64,000 nucleotides of DNA from Naegleria gruberi (taxonomy: Eukaryota): the NCBI GenBank assembly GCA_000004985.1, contig GG738873.1; one strand, 5' to 3'. Below the pieces are notes generated by a model. That model was not told the DNA's origin, ran no database searches, and was given only the letters and a program-made list of their open reading frames with translations. Shown here one piece after another: positions 31,901 through 44,446 of this stretch. The position numbers and the translations under genes were made by a program. Positions within the stretch are counted from its first letter, which is position 1. Each line of letters opens with the position of its first letter.

Positions 31901-33568
31901 TTACTGAATCACACTTTTAAGGTCCCACCTTTCAGTAGGAGGATAGTGGACTGCATGTGACTTTCCTACTTCAACTCGAGTTTTCAAAGTTAATAACTCT
32001 TCGCGTTCGTTCTGACTACAAGAATTGAAACATGTGGCATCTAGAACAATTACTTTGATATCAAAACCTCTATCTTCCATCATTCTCAATAATGAGATAA
32101 TGTTTGACTGGTAAACATGAACCCAAACCATATTAATAATCAAATCATCTCTCAACAATGGAATGATCTTTTCAGAATCTGAATCAATGTTGAACAGTTG
32201 ATAATGTGAAACGTAGCCAACATATTGATTTTCAACTCCTGGTAAAGTTGTTTGGAAATTGATTACCATTGTTTGTAATCCCGTCTCTGTTAAATCAAGT
32301 GAATTATTCAAAAAATCGAGAGATTTCAACTCGATAAAATTGGAGCTAGAATAGGCTCTCACATTAACTTCACTATTGGAAGGATCGAATATTAGGTGAG
32401 CATTCTTTAAAATCATTAACATTCCAAATGATTTGGTATAGGCATCACTTTCAATTGTTAAATATTTGAGAGGAATTTCTTTAGTTCTCTTCAGTAGCCA
32501 GTAATAAGAAACGAATCCCAATCCAAAAAAGCCAAAGGTATTAATTGAAATAGTGTCAAGATTACATTTGAATTTGTTTTCCGACTTCATCAAATGATGA
32601 ATGAACATGGTATTGGTAACTCTATCAGAACATTCGTGGAATAGATTGTAAATTTTAGAAATGGACGAAAGGCTTCTAAATCCATGATATGTCTTGAATA
32701 TTTTCTCCATAAAAGTGTGCATCTTATCATATGGAGCCAATCTAAGAATTGCAATCTCGCCTCTATTTGGCATTGTCAAGTTGCTAAGCCATGAGAAATT
32801 CGTAGAATAATGAAGAAAATAGTAGAATCTCTTACAAGTCAAAGAAATTGAGGGAAAATCTCTTGGAAACACTAGAAAGGAAAGGACATGTCCCATTAAA
32901 TCATCAATTAGCCACTCTGGCCCAACTGAATACTCTTTCACTAATCTCACTGCATGATTCTCTGGTTTCTTTTCACTCATTTCGGTAATTCTATTGGAAA
33001 TTTCCTCTTCCACACACTCAATACAAATAACAATCTTTTCGTCGGGTGCAAACAAATACATGAGCTCGTCAAGTTTCTCTTTCAGAAAATCGACCAATAA
33101 TTCATTGGTTTCCTTTTTAAACTTTTCCAAGGTTAGCAATTTCAAACTGTTTTCATTTAAATTGAAATAATTATGCAGCACGTTTAATGCCATTCTCCAT
33201 TCCTCTGCATTTGTATATCTATTTAGAAATGCAGTTTCTAGAAAAACCTTCTCCATTGACAACCAATTTTCACTCACAATATCATACATGTTAGATTGCT
33301 GATTGATTTGTGCCAATTCATCATCAATTATTTTCAATAATTCTTGATCATGATCATCAACCACTTCTTCTGCATTTCCCATTCGATTCCTTCTTCTTCT
33401 CCTACTATGAAAATAATAGAAAATCAATTTATGAATCAACTCGCTCACTAAACGATGACACCGAACACATTTCAATTGTGGCCAACAATGAATTAAACAG
33501 AGGGAGTAGTTTCCGTGAGCACATGGAGGACTATTACAAATGGAACAAGTGTATCGACGTGAACACAT
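31901..33568 (-). CDS. Hypothetical protein with Cys-rich N-terminus and an F-box-like segment (555 aa)
   Basis: The ORF runs from ATG 33568 to TAA 31903-31901. The N-terminus reads MCSRRYTCSICNSPPCAHGNYSLCLIHCW...CVRCH. An F-box-like stretch reads LMGHVLSFLVFPRDFPSISLTCKRFYYFLHYS. An alternative start is MGNAEEVVDD. No catalytic family was recognised. Confidence 0.6.
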   Translation of the reverse strand: MCSRRYTCSICNSPPCAHGNYSLCLIHCWPQLKCVRCHRLVSELIHKLIFYYFHSRRRRRNRMGNAEEVVDDHDQELLKIIDDELAQINQQSNMYDIVSENWLSMEKVFLETAFLNRYTNAEEWRMALNVLHNYFNLNENSLKLLTLEKFKKETNELLVDFLKEKLDELMYLFAPDEKIVICIECVEEEISNRITEMSEKKPENHAVRLVKEYSVGPEWLIDDLMGHVLSFLVFPRDFPSISLTCKRFYYFLHYSTNFSWLSNLTMPNRGEIAILRLAPYDKMHTFMEKIFKTYHGFRSLSSISKIYNLFHECSDRVTNTMFIHHLMKSENKFKCNLDTISINTFGFFGLGFVSYYWLLKRTKEIPLKYLTIESDAYTKSFGMLMILKNAHLIFDPSNSEVNVRAYSSSNFIELKSLDFLNNSLDLTETGLQTMVINFQTTLPGVENQYVGYVSHYQLFNIDSDSEKIIPLLRDDLIINMVWVHVYQSNIISLLRMMEDRGFDIKVIVLDATCFNSCSQNEREELLTLKTRVEVGKSHAVHYPPTERWDLKSVIQ

Positions 33569-34169
33569 TTTTTTGATCTTGTTGAACAGTTTACAATGAT
33601 GCTAATTGAGATGATGCTTCAAAATTATGGTGTTCATCACGAATATTAGTATTGTTTAAAATTCGAAAGATAATATTCGAATTTAGTTCATTCCGAAGTT
33701 TAGTTGTTATTATTGAAAATATAATTTATTTTCAATTCCAATCTGATGTTTCTCAATTCAATACCATATAATCCTCTCTCATTCTCGATATTAATAATAC
33801 TTTAAATCTGTGATGAATTTAATCATAATAATAATATTAAATCTCTTTAAAGTTTTCATCAATGAGAATGAATTATTCTTCATGATGTTCATCATGATCA
33901 TGTCCGTGATAGGAATTTGTAAATTCGCCCAAAGTTTTGAATACATTTGCAACGAGTTGGAAAAATTTAATAAAAATATCGCGCATTGCAGCTAACATTT
34001 TTTTTTCAAACCAAAAATCTCGGAAAATTGTAATATTTATTTCATTTAATTGCTTTACCAATTATCAATAATTATTTTGTGAATAATAACAGGCAAGTGA
34101 GAATGAGTTAGTTGGGTGCACACAACTAGAAGAAAACTTGGCCAAGTTCATTCACCTTCCAAAAAAAAA

Positions 34170-35144
34170 ATGTCCTCTCTCAAAAAGCAGGAAGAAACTC
34201 TTTCCTCATCCGATGAAGAAAAGCTCTTGAAAGCCTTTCGTGAATACTCTGCAACTGTTTCCATCGATACAATCGATGGCCCAGTGGAGGTGATCAAAAA
34301 CGAATATGCCAACATGGTGAACAAAGTGGCACATGAGGGAGAGCTCATGCTACAAATATTACCATATTATTCGGGCTTGTTTGATTACTTGCCATCTAGT
34401 TTGAAACAGGATAATGAGTTTAGGATGGGAGCTGTTAAGATTTCCACTAGTTATGCTCGAAATTTTTATCAGATTGATAATGTGGATATTTGTAAATATG
34501 TGTTGGATCATACGAAAAGAAAAAGATGGGACACTAGAAATGTATTGATGAGTTTTTCAAAAACAGTGTTGGAGAATGAGGATATTTCAAAGAAATTGGC
34601 AAAGAAGTTTCCAATGTTCATTAATCTTTGTCCAAAATTGTGTCGTGATGTAAAATTAGTCAAGATTGCAATTGAGAATGATGGAAGGGCTATTCGACAT
34701 GCTTCGAGGGAATTGTTGAGAAATATTAACAATAGGCATTTGATTTTGACAGCTGTCAAGAATTCAAGAAAGAGTCTTTATTACGTTTTGGATTGTATTG
34801 ACAGATCATTTGCAAAACATCCAATCCTCAGTAATGCTGCATTCATGAATTTCAAAAAGAGATGGTTATGTCACATAATACCAGCTAGCATTGAGGTTGA
34901 AATGAGAAAATTATTCAGAGAAGAATATTCACAAGCTGTGAAAAGCAAAGGAAATTCATATAAGGATCCATTGACACATGGAAAGAGTGGAAAAGCACTT
35001 CCAAAGGAATATTTCGAACAAGAATATGTTAATTTTTGTAATGAAGAGGAACAGTTTTTCAAATCTCATTTTCTCTATTGTCATGATAATTTCTTTGGAC
35101 ATTTTTCTGATCTCTCCATAACAACAACAACAACATTCGAATAA
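34170..35144 (+). CDS. DUF4116 domain-containing protein
   Basis: The first ATG is 34170 (MSSLKKQEETLSSSDEE...). The track start at 34116 is GTG. DUF4116-type repeats are present (KIAIENDGRAIRHASRELLRNINNRHLILTAVKNSRKSLYYVLD). The gene ends at TAA 35142-35144. Confidence 0.7.
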   Translation: MSSLKKQEETLSSSDEEKLLKAFREYSATVSIDTIDGPVEVIKNEYANMVNKVAHEGELMLQILPYYSGLFDYLPSSLKQDNEFRMGAVKISTSYARNFYQIDNVDICKYVLDHTKRKRWDTRNVLMSFSKTVLENEDISKKLAKKFPMFINLCPKLCRDVKLVKIAIENDGRAIRHASRELLRNINNRHLILTAVKNSRKSLYYVLDCIDRSFAKHPILSNAAFMNFKKRWLCHIIPASIEVEMRKLFREEYSQAVKSKGNSYKDPLTHGKSGKALPKEYFEQEYVNFCNEEEQFFKSHFLYCHDNFFGHFSDLSITTTTTFE

Positions 35145-35513
35145 GCTGATTTTTCTATCATTGACAACACACTGTAAATAAAACAACAACGAGAAATATA
35201 TTTTACAATTTATTAATCCTAGCGCTAGAGATCTCATTGCTGGTTAAAAAGATTTTCATCACTCCTTACTCCGGGTTAGACGAATCTAATCCCAATTGGA
35301 AACTAATCTTCCTAAACTCTAAGTAAATTGACCACCAAATCCTTTGGATCCAAATGGCCAACTGCAGATGTCATCAGCTTATGACCTCAAAAGTTCCATT
35401 CAAAAAAAACCCGCCAACGGTCACTAAGAGGATAAATTGCTTGGTGCAGAAGAAGAATATATAGTTTAAATAGATTACACTCCAACTCCCTATTATTTGT
35501 TTTTATAGGAGTG

Positions 35514-38500
35514 ATGAAAAAGAGTAGAATAATGCTTCAGGATGAGGATGAATACTCCTCCGAATTGGTTCTAGAGGAAATTCCCATTCAGCAAGTGGGT
35601 GCTCCTCAGAAAATGTATAGTACAACAACAATGATTGGAACATCAACAAATAATCAACATCATCATCAGCATAATCATCAACATGATAATAGTAGCAGTA
35701 ACATTGGTAACCATAGTAATATCAATAATAATAATAATAATTATAGTGGAATATTGCAGAGGAAGGAAAATCTTGTTGCATCTCATCATCAAATAGTAAC
35801 ATCTAATTTAATAGAAAATCAATCACAGATGCAGCAAATTCGCACTGTCCATGTCCATGATGAGGCCAGGAATGAAGATTTTTGTGGAAATTCCATCAAG
35901 ACGACCAAGTATGAATTCTGGAACTTTATACCAAAGAATTTGTTTGAACAATTTCATAGATTTGCTAATTGTTGTAAGTTGTTTGATATTTCGAATTTTG
36001 GAGTTGTGAATGGAAATAGATTTCATGGCAATGGCCTTATTGCAGACAATTCCTGGGTTGTCACCAACTGGACGATGGACCTCTTTTGTGCCATTGAGTG
36101 TTGTCTTATTGTGCACAATGATAAAGGATGCCTATGAGGATATAAACAGAAGGATTTCTGATAGAGAAACCAATAATCGAGTGGCACATGTGCTTAGGAA
36201 TGGAGTTTTTGTGGATGTTCCCTGGAAGAGTGTCAAGACAGGAGACGTCATTAAGGTGAATAATATGGAACAATTTCCGTGTGATATATTAATTTATTCT
36301 ATATGCCCAATGGAGAAGAAATCTGGAGAGAATTTATGCTATGTGGAAACTTCACAATTGGATGGGTAGGTATCTCAAAATAATCGTTCTAATTAATCTG
36401 TTTATTATTCACAGTGAAACAAATTTAAAGATTAGAATTGCAAATGCAGAAACGAGCCGATTTACATCACCACTAGATTTTGAAAATAAGAGAATGAAAA
36501 TTGAATGTGAAATGGCAAATAACAGACTGTACAAATTTGAGGGAACATTGACAATGGAAAATGGAAAGAAAATCTCCCTCTCTCCAGACAATATTTGTTT
36601 AAGAGTAAGTTTTAATGAAATTTCTCGAGCATGATAAAATTTCTTTAGGGGTCAAGTTTAAAGAATACTCAGAATATCATAGGCGTTGCTGTATATACTG
36701 GAAATGATACCAAATTTATGAGAAATACCAAGTAAGTACTTTATTAAGTTTATGAACTAACAGAGAAAATTAAGGAAAACTCCACACAAAATGAGCAATA
36801 TTGAACGCCTAACAAATAGATTGGTGTTGATGGTTTTAGGAGTTCAATTATTTCTTGTGACTTGTTGTGATATTGGATTAATGATTTGGACTAGTGAGCA
36901 ACAACCAAAAGCTTGGTACATTTTCCCAAAAGCAAGGGAACATGACATTGGATTTATATTATTTGGTGGATTTAAAGGATTCTTTACAATTTTGATTTTA
37001 TTGACCAACTTGATACCTGTTTCGTTGTACGTTTCGATTGAAGCAACTAAATTGATTCAAGGGTCAATGATTAGTAAGGATCTAGAAATGTACCACGAAG
37101 AAACAGATACAAGAGCAAATGTAAGAAGTTGTGCTCTTAATGAGGATTTAGGACAAATTAATTACATTTTTTCTGATAAGACTGGAACACTGACAGAGAA
37201 TAAGATGAATTGTAAGTTTTATATTATTAACAACAATCAAAATATGTTTACATTCTAAATTTTTTAACATGACAGTATTGAAAATATCAATTAATGGAAA
37301 GGTGTACGATATAACAGATCCACAAATAACAAATGGAAATTGGAGACAAACAGAGGATTCCAATGAAATTTTACAATTCCTATTGTTACTTTCACTCTGT
37401 CATACAGTTATTCCTGAGAGGTCTTCCAAGGAAACGAACGGAGCCCAAGACAATACCATCTACCATTCATCCTCTCCTGATGAGATTGCTCTAGTTAAGG
37501 CAGCCAAGTTTTTAGGAGTAGAATTTCTCGATAAGACCACACACCAAGCCAATGTGAAAATACTCGAAGAATTCACATTGAAATATGATTTATTGGATTG
37601 TATTGAATTTTCAAGTGAAAGAAAGAGGCAATCTGTCATTCTCAGAAATGAGAGAGGTGAAATTATTCTCTACACAAAGGGAGCTGACTCTGTCATGTTT
37701 CCCTTACTTAATCCAGAATCCAATCACTTGCCTAGTACTTTACAACATTTGGATAGATTCGGTTCTACTGGTTTGAGAACGTTGGTGTGCGCAATGAGAG
37801 TACTGGATGAAAATGAATATCAACTATGGCATGAAGAGTATGAAAAAGCTAAAACTTCCCTCGACAATAGAAAGGAAAAGATTGAATCAGTTGCCACAAA
37901 AATTGAAAAGGATCTTTTATTATGTGGAGCTACTGGCATTGAGGATAAGTTACAAGAAGGAGTTGCCGATACTATTTACAATTTGAGATTGGCTGGTATT
38001 AATATTTGGGTATTGACTGGTGACAAAATGGAAACAGCCATCAATATTGGCTATTCGTGTGAACTTTTGGGCTCATCTATGAAATTATTAAAGGTAGAAG
38101 GAGAAACCTATGATGCAGTGGAACGACATCTTACTCACTGCCTTGCACAATTGAAAGAAAGTACTTTTTCCAAATTGGATAATAGCGATGTCATTTCTTC
38201 AGAGTATGCCTTAGTAATAGATGGAGAAAAGATGGAATTGGTTTTTTCGCATCAGAATTTGATAGATTTATTCCTTCATGTCTCAATCAAGTGTAAATCA
38301 GTAATTTGTTGTAGAGTTTCACCAAAGCAAAAGGCAGATATTGTCTTGCTAATCAAGAATAATGTTGAAAGTGTCACTCTGGCAATTGGAGATGGAGCTA
38401 ATGATTGCAACATGATTCAAAGTGCTCATGTTGGCATTGGTATTTCAGGATTGGAAGGATTAGCAGCCGTCAATGTTTCAGATTATTCAATTGCCCAATT

Positions 38501-39493
38501 TAGATTTTTGAAAAAACTTTTACTCGTTCATGGAAGATGGAGCTATAGAAGAGTTTCAAAATTGGTGCTCTATTGCTTCTATAAGAATAGTGTACTCTTC
38601 CTGACTCAGATGTGGTATATTTTCTTCAATGGATTTTCTGGAACTAGTATTCACGACAAGTGGAATATCACCATGTATAATTTACTCTTTTCAGGAATAC
38701 CTATTGTTGTATTTGCTGTTTTGGATAGAGATGTTTCTTCAAAGAGTGCTAACATGTTTCCTGAACTCTACTTCCAAGGAAGAAAGAATAGATTTGTAAG
38801 TAATTTATATTGTTGATAATTAATCCCAATTAGTTCAATTGGAAAGTTTTTATTTCATGGATTGTTAATTCAATTTTCCATTCACTTGTTTGCTTTTTCG
38901 TTCCATACCTGGCCTTTGCAGAGAGTAAATTTCCTGATGGACAAGATATTGATGCACAAACAATTGGTATAGTGATGTATACCTGTGCTGTTCTTGTCAT
39001 TACAATGAAACTGGCCATTGAAACCTCAACTTGGACCTGGATTAACTTTTTAACATATGGTCTCAGTATTGCTTTATGGCCTATTTATTTATTTTTCTAC
39101 GGATCTACCTTCCAAATGTTTAGAAGAAGAGCTCCTATTGTGAATGAGTCATATGACATTTCTCAAAGGTATAGAATTATATTTACTGCTCAATTTTGGT
39201 TGGTTGTTCTATTAGTGGTAATTACTTGTTGCATTAGGGATATTTTCTGGAAGTGGTGGATTAGATATTTCCAAACTAAAAAATTATACTACCTTGTACA
39301 GAGTTTGCAACACGAATCCATTACTAGAGATCACATTGCTCACGAAATGCCATTCATTGATAAGGAAGAAATGAGGCCACCAACTATCTCCCTTAAATCG
39401 AGATCATTATCAACTAGATTATCATATTTTAAGGAGAAGGTATTTTCGTACTTTGGTACAGTTTCAAGAAAAAAGTATTCTGAATTTGAGTAG
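35514..39493 (+). CDS. P4-type ATPase (phospholipid flippase, Drs2/ATP8-like), 7 exons, with an Asn/His-rich N-terminal extension
   Basis: Exon structure: join(35514..35973, 36020..36365, 36415..36604, 36649..36731, 36775..37211, 37276..38795, 38834..39493). The introns are 46, 49, 44, 43, 64 and 38 nt, all GTAAGT/GTAGGT...AG, and each restores a P4-ATPase consensus. The restored segments are FHRFANC|YFMAMALLQTIPGLSPTGRWT, ETSQLDG|ETNLKIR, NICLR|GSSLKNTQNIIGVAVYTGNDTKFMRNTK|KTPHKMSNIERLTN, ICSDKTGTLTENKMN and KNRF|FNWKVFISW. The motifs DKTGTLT, TGDKMETAINIG and GDGANDCNMIQSAHVGIGISG are present. Confidence 0.9.
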
Positions 39494-39660
39494 GATTAAA
39501 TCAATTAAACTTTGTTTACAAAGCAAAGATGCACTTATTTAAACTTCTAAATCTCTGATCTTCAGTTAATGCACTGATCATTTTGGATATAAGTAATTAC
39601 AACGTAGTTTAGAGGTACAGAAAATGAACAATTATTCTGAATTAGAGTAGAATTAAACCT

Positions 39661-42600
39661 TTACTCACTGTCATCCATTTCATCTTCTTTTTCCATAATA
39701 ACATCAAAAACATTATCCTCCTCATTCAATTTCTTCTTCCTCTTAATGAATTTTATATCCTTTCTCTCTCTGTGAACACGATAATTCGAATAATAGCCCG
39801 TACTATTCCTATTCTTCATCATCATGTTAGCAAAATAAATTAAATTTCCTTTAAAATAATAGGTTTTCAAGTCTGGATTTCTTTTATCACGTAGATACGC
39901 TCTGTATTTTCTTTCAAGTATGTCACTAGCTTCTTCGTATATTATTGTTGGAGTCTCATTCGATTCTGAGTAAGACCAAATATACTTGCATAATTGCTTT
40001 TTCAAGTGTTTTGGATTTGTATAGGCATCTTGAAAGAAATTTCTTGTATGTGGATGGAAACTTTCATTTGTGTGAATGAATAAATTGCAATATAACTTAC
40101 CTTCCAATTGATTGAGTTGTTGGATTAATGATAATCCATTCAATGTGAGATGCAAGGTTACTGATTGGATTTTTTGTATTCATAATATGTTCAATATCAT
40201 TCAATGAGAATTCAAAATATGTTTTTCTTTTGTTCTTTTTCTGATAGTCAGCAACTGTCTGAAGTTTACGGTAGTAATTGGAGGTTGAATTTGCTCGTAC
40301 AGGTACTTGTCTATAATCATGATCTTCAGAAGGGTCAATCATCTTCATTGTTTTCTCCAAATTGTTTTTACCTCCAATAGATTTAAATACAGCATTCCTT
40401 CTTCTATTATTCTTATAACCATGGATAGTTAGTAGAATTCTTGCTAGTCCAGTAACTTGCTTAATGTTTGCAATCTTCTTCTCCCTTGTTGTAGAGTGTC
40501 TTCTTGGGAAATACAAACTAATCCTATCATAAAGAACACTGTTAGCTAATTTCTTGTCATCGTACCCTGGACATCCTATTCTGAAGCCCCTTAAAGCATA
40601 CTTAACAAGCCTTAACTCAAAAGTTGTAGATTGACGATCAACATCAACCAAATTACATCTTGTAGAAAGAGCAACAACAGCTCTTGGTAAGCAGTAAAGT
40701 TGATTTCCATCAAATCTAATGACATTAAATTGAATTTTCACAACATGTAAAGAAACTTACCCAACACAACAGGTGGGAATGTCGAACCCCATAAGTACCT
40801 CTGCAGGTGATTTGTATAAACGAGTAATTACTTGTACTGCAGGCAAGTTATCAAAATTGAATGTAATGGCATGCTGAGTTCTTGTAATGACAATATTTCC
40901 ATCATTTAAATTCGTTTTGAACAGTTTGTAAAGATAGATTATTTTTTCTTCTGCTTGCTTTTCAGTAATGCCATAAAGAAACAAGTCGAGATCACTATTT
41001 TTCCACTGAGGTGATTTTCTATAGTAGGATTCAATATTAGAATATACTCTCTTTGGTGGTGGGGGCCTTGTACCCAAGTATGGTTCAGTTCTACTACTAT
41101 TAGTTTTAAAAGAGAACTCCTCATCTGAACTAGCTGTAAAATAATCTTCATCTATTTTTTCTGAATTACTGTCATCGCTAGACTCACAGTCATCAAAATC
41201 CCAATAGATTCTTTCTCTTGGTTTTGGCTGTGAAGCATCGAACCAATCAAGAGGAATCTCTAATAAACAAGCCAGAATGCCACCACCTAATTTGTCTATT
41301 ATGAGAAAAATTGAAGAAGAATGAATACATACCTGCAGCAAATACATTACTCCAATCCATATCCTTGAATAAATCTCCTGAAAAGACATTGAACTGAGAG
41401 AAGAAAACTTCTCTCGATTTGCAAACCTTAGGTATAGGTGGAGCTTGCAATCCAGAAAACTCATTCACCAACTCGGAACAATCAATAGGACTTTCAAAAT
41501 CAAACAAGAGAGGAACATTTGGTTCAGTTGGCTCAAACATTTTCCTGGAAATATTCTCGTTGGCAAATACGTTAATCATGTGAAGATAGGGATCATTTAA
41601 AATTGGATTTTCTCTATCAGAGACGAACATTCTCCTCAAGAAATCTTCTTCTTGCTTGATTTTCAAATTATTGGAACCTATATCTTCTACAGGAAATCTT
41701 AAGGGGTCCAAGAAATCGACCAAGGAGTGAATTTTAAATTCAATAGCTTCCTTGTAAATCAACTTTCGTTTAGCAGCATCTTTTGGAATATTGTGAGTTG
41801 TACCATATTGTAAATACTGGAAAATGTGGTGAAATATTTCACCATCTCTGTCAATAAATATTTCACTAGTAATATCTTTCAACTCGGTGAGAATTGATGG
41901 AAAGACACTATCCTTATGAATGAGTAATTTTTCCATGCTGATTGTAAATTTGGTTCCTCTAACATTGAAAATGATAGGAGTCTTTCTAAGTGTAGATTCT
42001 TTTTCTTTTAGAAGTTGATCTTCCCTATTCAATTCCTCCTTCTTTTGCTCTACATAATCTTCCAAGATTTTCTTTTCTTGAATGGTAATGTTTGCAAACT
42101 TGTTCAGCCATTTCTCATCTTGCTCATCTTGATCTGAGCTCATTACATTTCTAATTTCCTTTGTTGTAGTACCTTGTTTGACTACTCCTTCCTCCTCCAA
42201 CTTTTTCAATTCCTTTTGATATTGATTAATGAGTAAGGCAATTCTAGCGCTCAATTTACTAGTTCCAAAAAAGTCAGAATCTCTCAATAACTCTCTCAAA
42301 TGAATAAGTGCACTTTCAGATGCCTCCTCCCACAGACCCACGTAATTAGTAGATCCAGTCCTCAAATGCTCCAACAAGATGGGAAAATAATCAGGATTCA
42401 ACTCGTCCAATACAATAGCATCATGTTCACTCTCTCTATCAATTCCAACACCCGATGACAACATGGTCTTGAGCATATTCTCTCTCTTGTTAATGGTGGC
42501 AAGTGTGGTGATGAACAATTTTCCTCCGACCATCAATTTAATCACTACTTGATCACTATTTTCCAAAATTTCCTTCACAATCTTTTGATGGTGATCACCT

Positions 42601-42977
42601 TGATAGGATGAATCGTCATGTATGGTAGATTTAATTGATGATGACGAAGAATTTGAATTTAAATTATTATTATCACTATTATTATTAATATTGATGTTAG
42701 AAAACTTCTCCAACACTTCCAACTCTCTCCTCCTCAGTTCATTCCTCTCCCGTTCTCTCTCCAGTCCAATCAGTGCATCAATTCTAAACTTTTCCACTTG
42801 TTCCCTCTCCCGAATGTGTTTTGGTGTTTCAATTTCTTCATCATCAGCAGCGGATGATGCGAGTGAGAGCAAACTTTCTTTGGATGTTTCATTGGCGGGA
42901 AAATCTGTAAAGCGTTTTCTTTTGAGTGGTGTTTGTTCTTCTTCTTTAATGTTGGTATTGTTGTTACTGTTGATCAT
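39661..42977 (-). CDS. Protein with two BTB/POZ (KCTD/T1-type) domains and a C-terminal domain with a nucleotidyltransferase-like acidic motif (4 exons)
   Basis: Exon structure: join(42977..41333, 41286..40761, 40715..40101, 40060..39661). The introns are 46, 45 and 40 nt (GTATGT/GTAAGT...TAG/AAG). They restore the frame at NVFAAG|GGILACLL, PTCCVG|FDGNQLY and QSIG|SFHPHT. BTB 1 reads VIKLMVGGKLFITTLATI...DELNPDYFPILLEHLRTG. BTB 2 reads IIFNVRGTKFTISMEKLL...IFHHIFQYLQYG. The C-terminal region carries WKNSDLDLFLYG plus a downstream GFDIPT, a [DE]h[DE]h ... h[DE]h pattern like the polymerase-beta superfamily. The G[GS] element is not evident, so this assignment is tentative. Confidence 0.75.
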
Positions 42978-43405
42978 AGGATGGATTTCAAATATTGTGT
43001 TTTTGATTTTTTTTTGATTTGAAATTCTAATGGAAAGTGGAAGTCATTGATAATGTGTGAATTTTTGTAAAACCTAAAGTTTGGGAACAACAAAACTGTA
43101 GACGAAACTGTACTTTTGATATTCGAAATGCGGGTTGTATGGAGGAATTAAGGAATATTATTCGCATGAATCCTGAAATTATAACTGAGATTGTAATCAT
43201 TGAAAATTCACATTCAAATAGAAAACCATCCCACCAAAAACATGCCAAGATTTCCTTAGCACCATCAAAAATCAACATGAAATACCACAAACAAACTTGA
43301 TTATAATAAAGCACACACCATTACAATCATGCAGCTGTCAAACGTAATGACATTCGACATATCAGAAAGATCACTACTGGCAGGAAACCTCATCATTAAA
43401 AAAAA

Positions 43406-44178
43406 ATGTCCAAAACTTTAATCTCTCTCTTCCTCGTTATTGCTTTTGCTTTGGTTGTTGCATGCGTGGATGTTACTCCTGAAGAATTGAAAGCAATATT
43501 AACCAACGTCCCAAAGGCCAAGGTCACTAACTATGCTCAATACATGAATGATGCCATGGATGAAGGTGATATTGATACCTGTTGTGAAATTGCTGCTTTC
43601 ATTGCTCAAGTAGGTCATGAAAGTGGTGATTTGAATTGGTTTGTTGAATTTGCCTCTGGTTCTGCTTATGAAGGTAGAAAGGATTTGGGTAATACTGTCA
43701 AGGGTGATGGTGTTAGAGTAAGTGTTATCTTTTAACTGTTTGACTCTTTACACTCTATTCAATTATTATCAATATTATTAATGTATTATTAATCAATCGA
43801 ATAATAATATTATAGTATAAGGGTAGAGGTCCAATTCAAATTACTGGTCGTGCTAATTATCGTGCTGCTGGTAAGGCTTTGGGTGTTGATTTGGAAAATA
43901 ATCCACTCCTTGCTCAAGAACCAGTCATTGGTTTCAAGACTGCTGTTTGTAAGTTGTTTTTTCGCTAAATTTCAGTTTGTTGTAATATTAATATTAATAT
44001 CATTATTAATATCTCTCGTTTTAAATAGGGTTCTGGAATACTAGAAGTTTGAACAAGTATGCTGACTGTTCTCAAGCTAACTTTGATATCATTACCAAGA
44101 GAATCAATGGTGGTTTCAATGGTAAGGCTGACAGAGATGCCAAGTTTGCTAAGGCCAAGAAGGTTTTGAAGTGTTAAA
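43406..44178 (+). CDS. Secreted glycoside hydrolase family 19 (chitinase/lysozyme-like) protein, 3 exons
   Basis: Exon structure: join(43406..43717, 43816..43948, 44030..44178). The introns are 98 and 81 nt, GTAAGT...TAG, and about 80% A+T. The signal peptide is [19 protein letters not shown]. The GH19 signatures are [12 protein letters not shown] and, across intron 1, GDGVR|[15 protein letters not shown], then ...TAV|WFWNTR. The protein is 185 aa. Confidence 0.85.
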
Positions 44179-44446
44179 TAAATCATTTTTAATTCTTTCA
44201 AAATAATTGAAAATGCATATCTGTTTCACAAAATGCATTCCATTTCAATCAATTAGGAATTGGAGTTGCATTCTTAATCATAAATGCAAAAACAAACAGC
44301 ATGCATCCAGTTTGGTACATCACACTCTTAATAATTGAGAGTAATTAATCAAGAAGAAATGTTTAATGATGGAAGTAAGGTTCTGCAAACTTTCAATTAA
44401 TTTTTTTTAGTTTTGAAAAAAAGATTTAAAGGCGGGATTAAATAGT

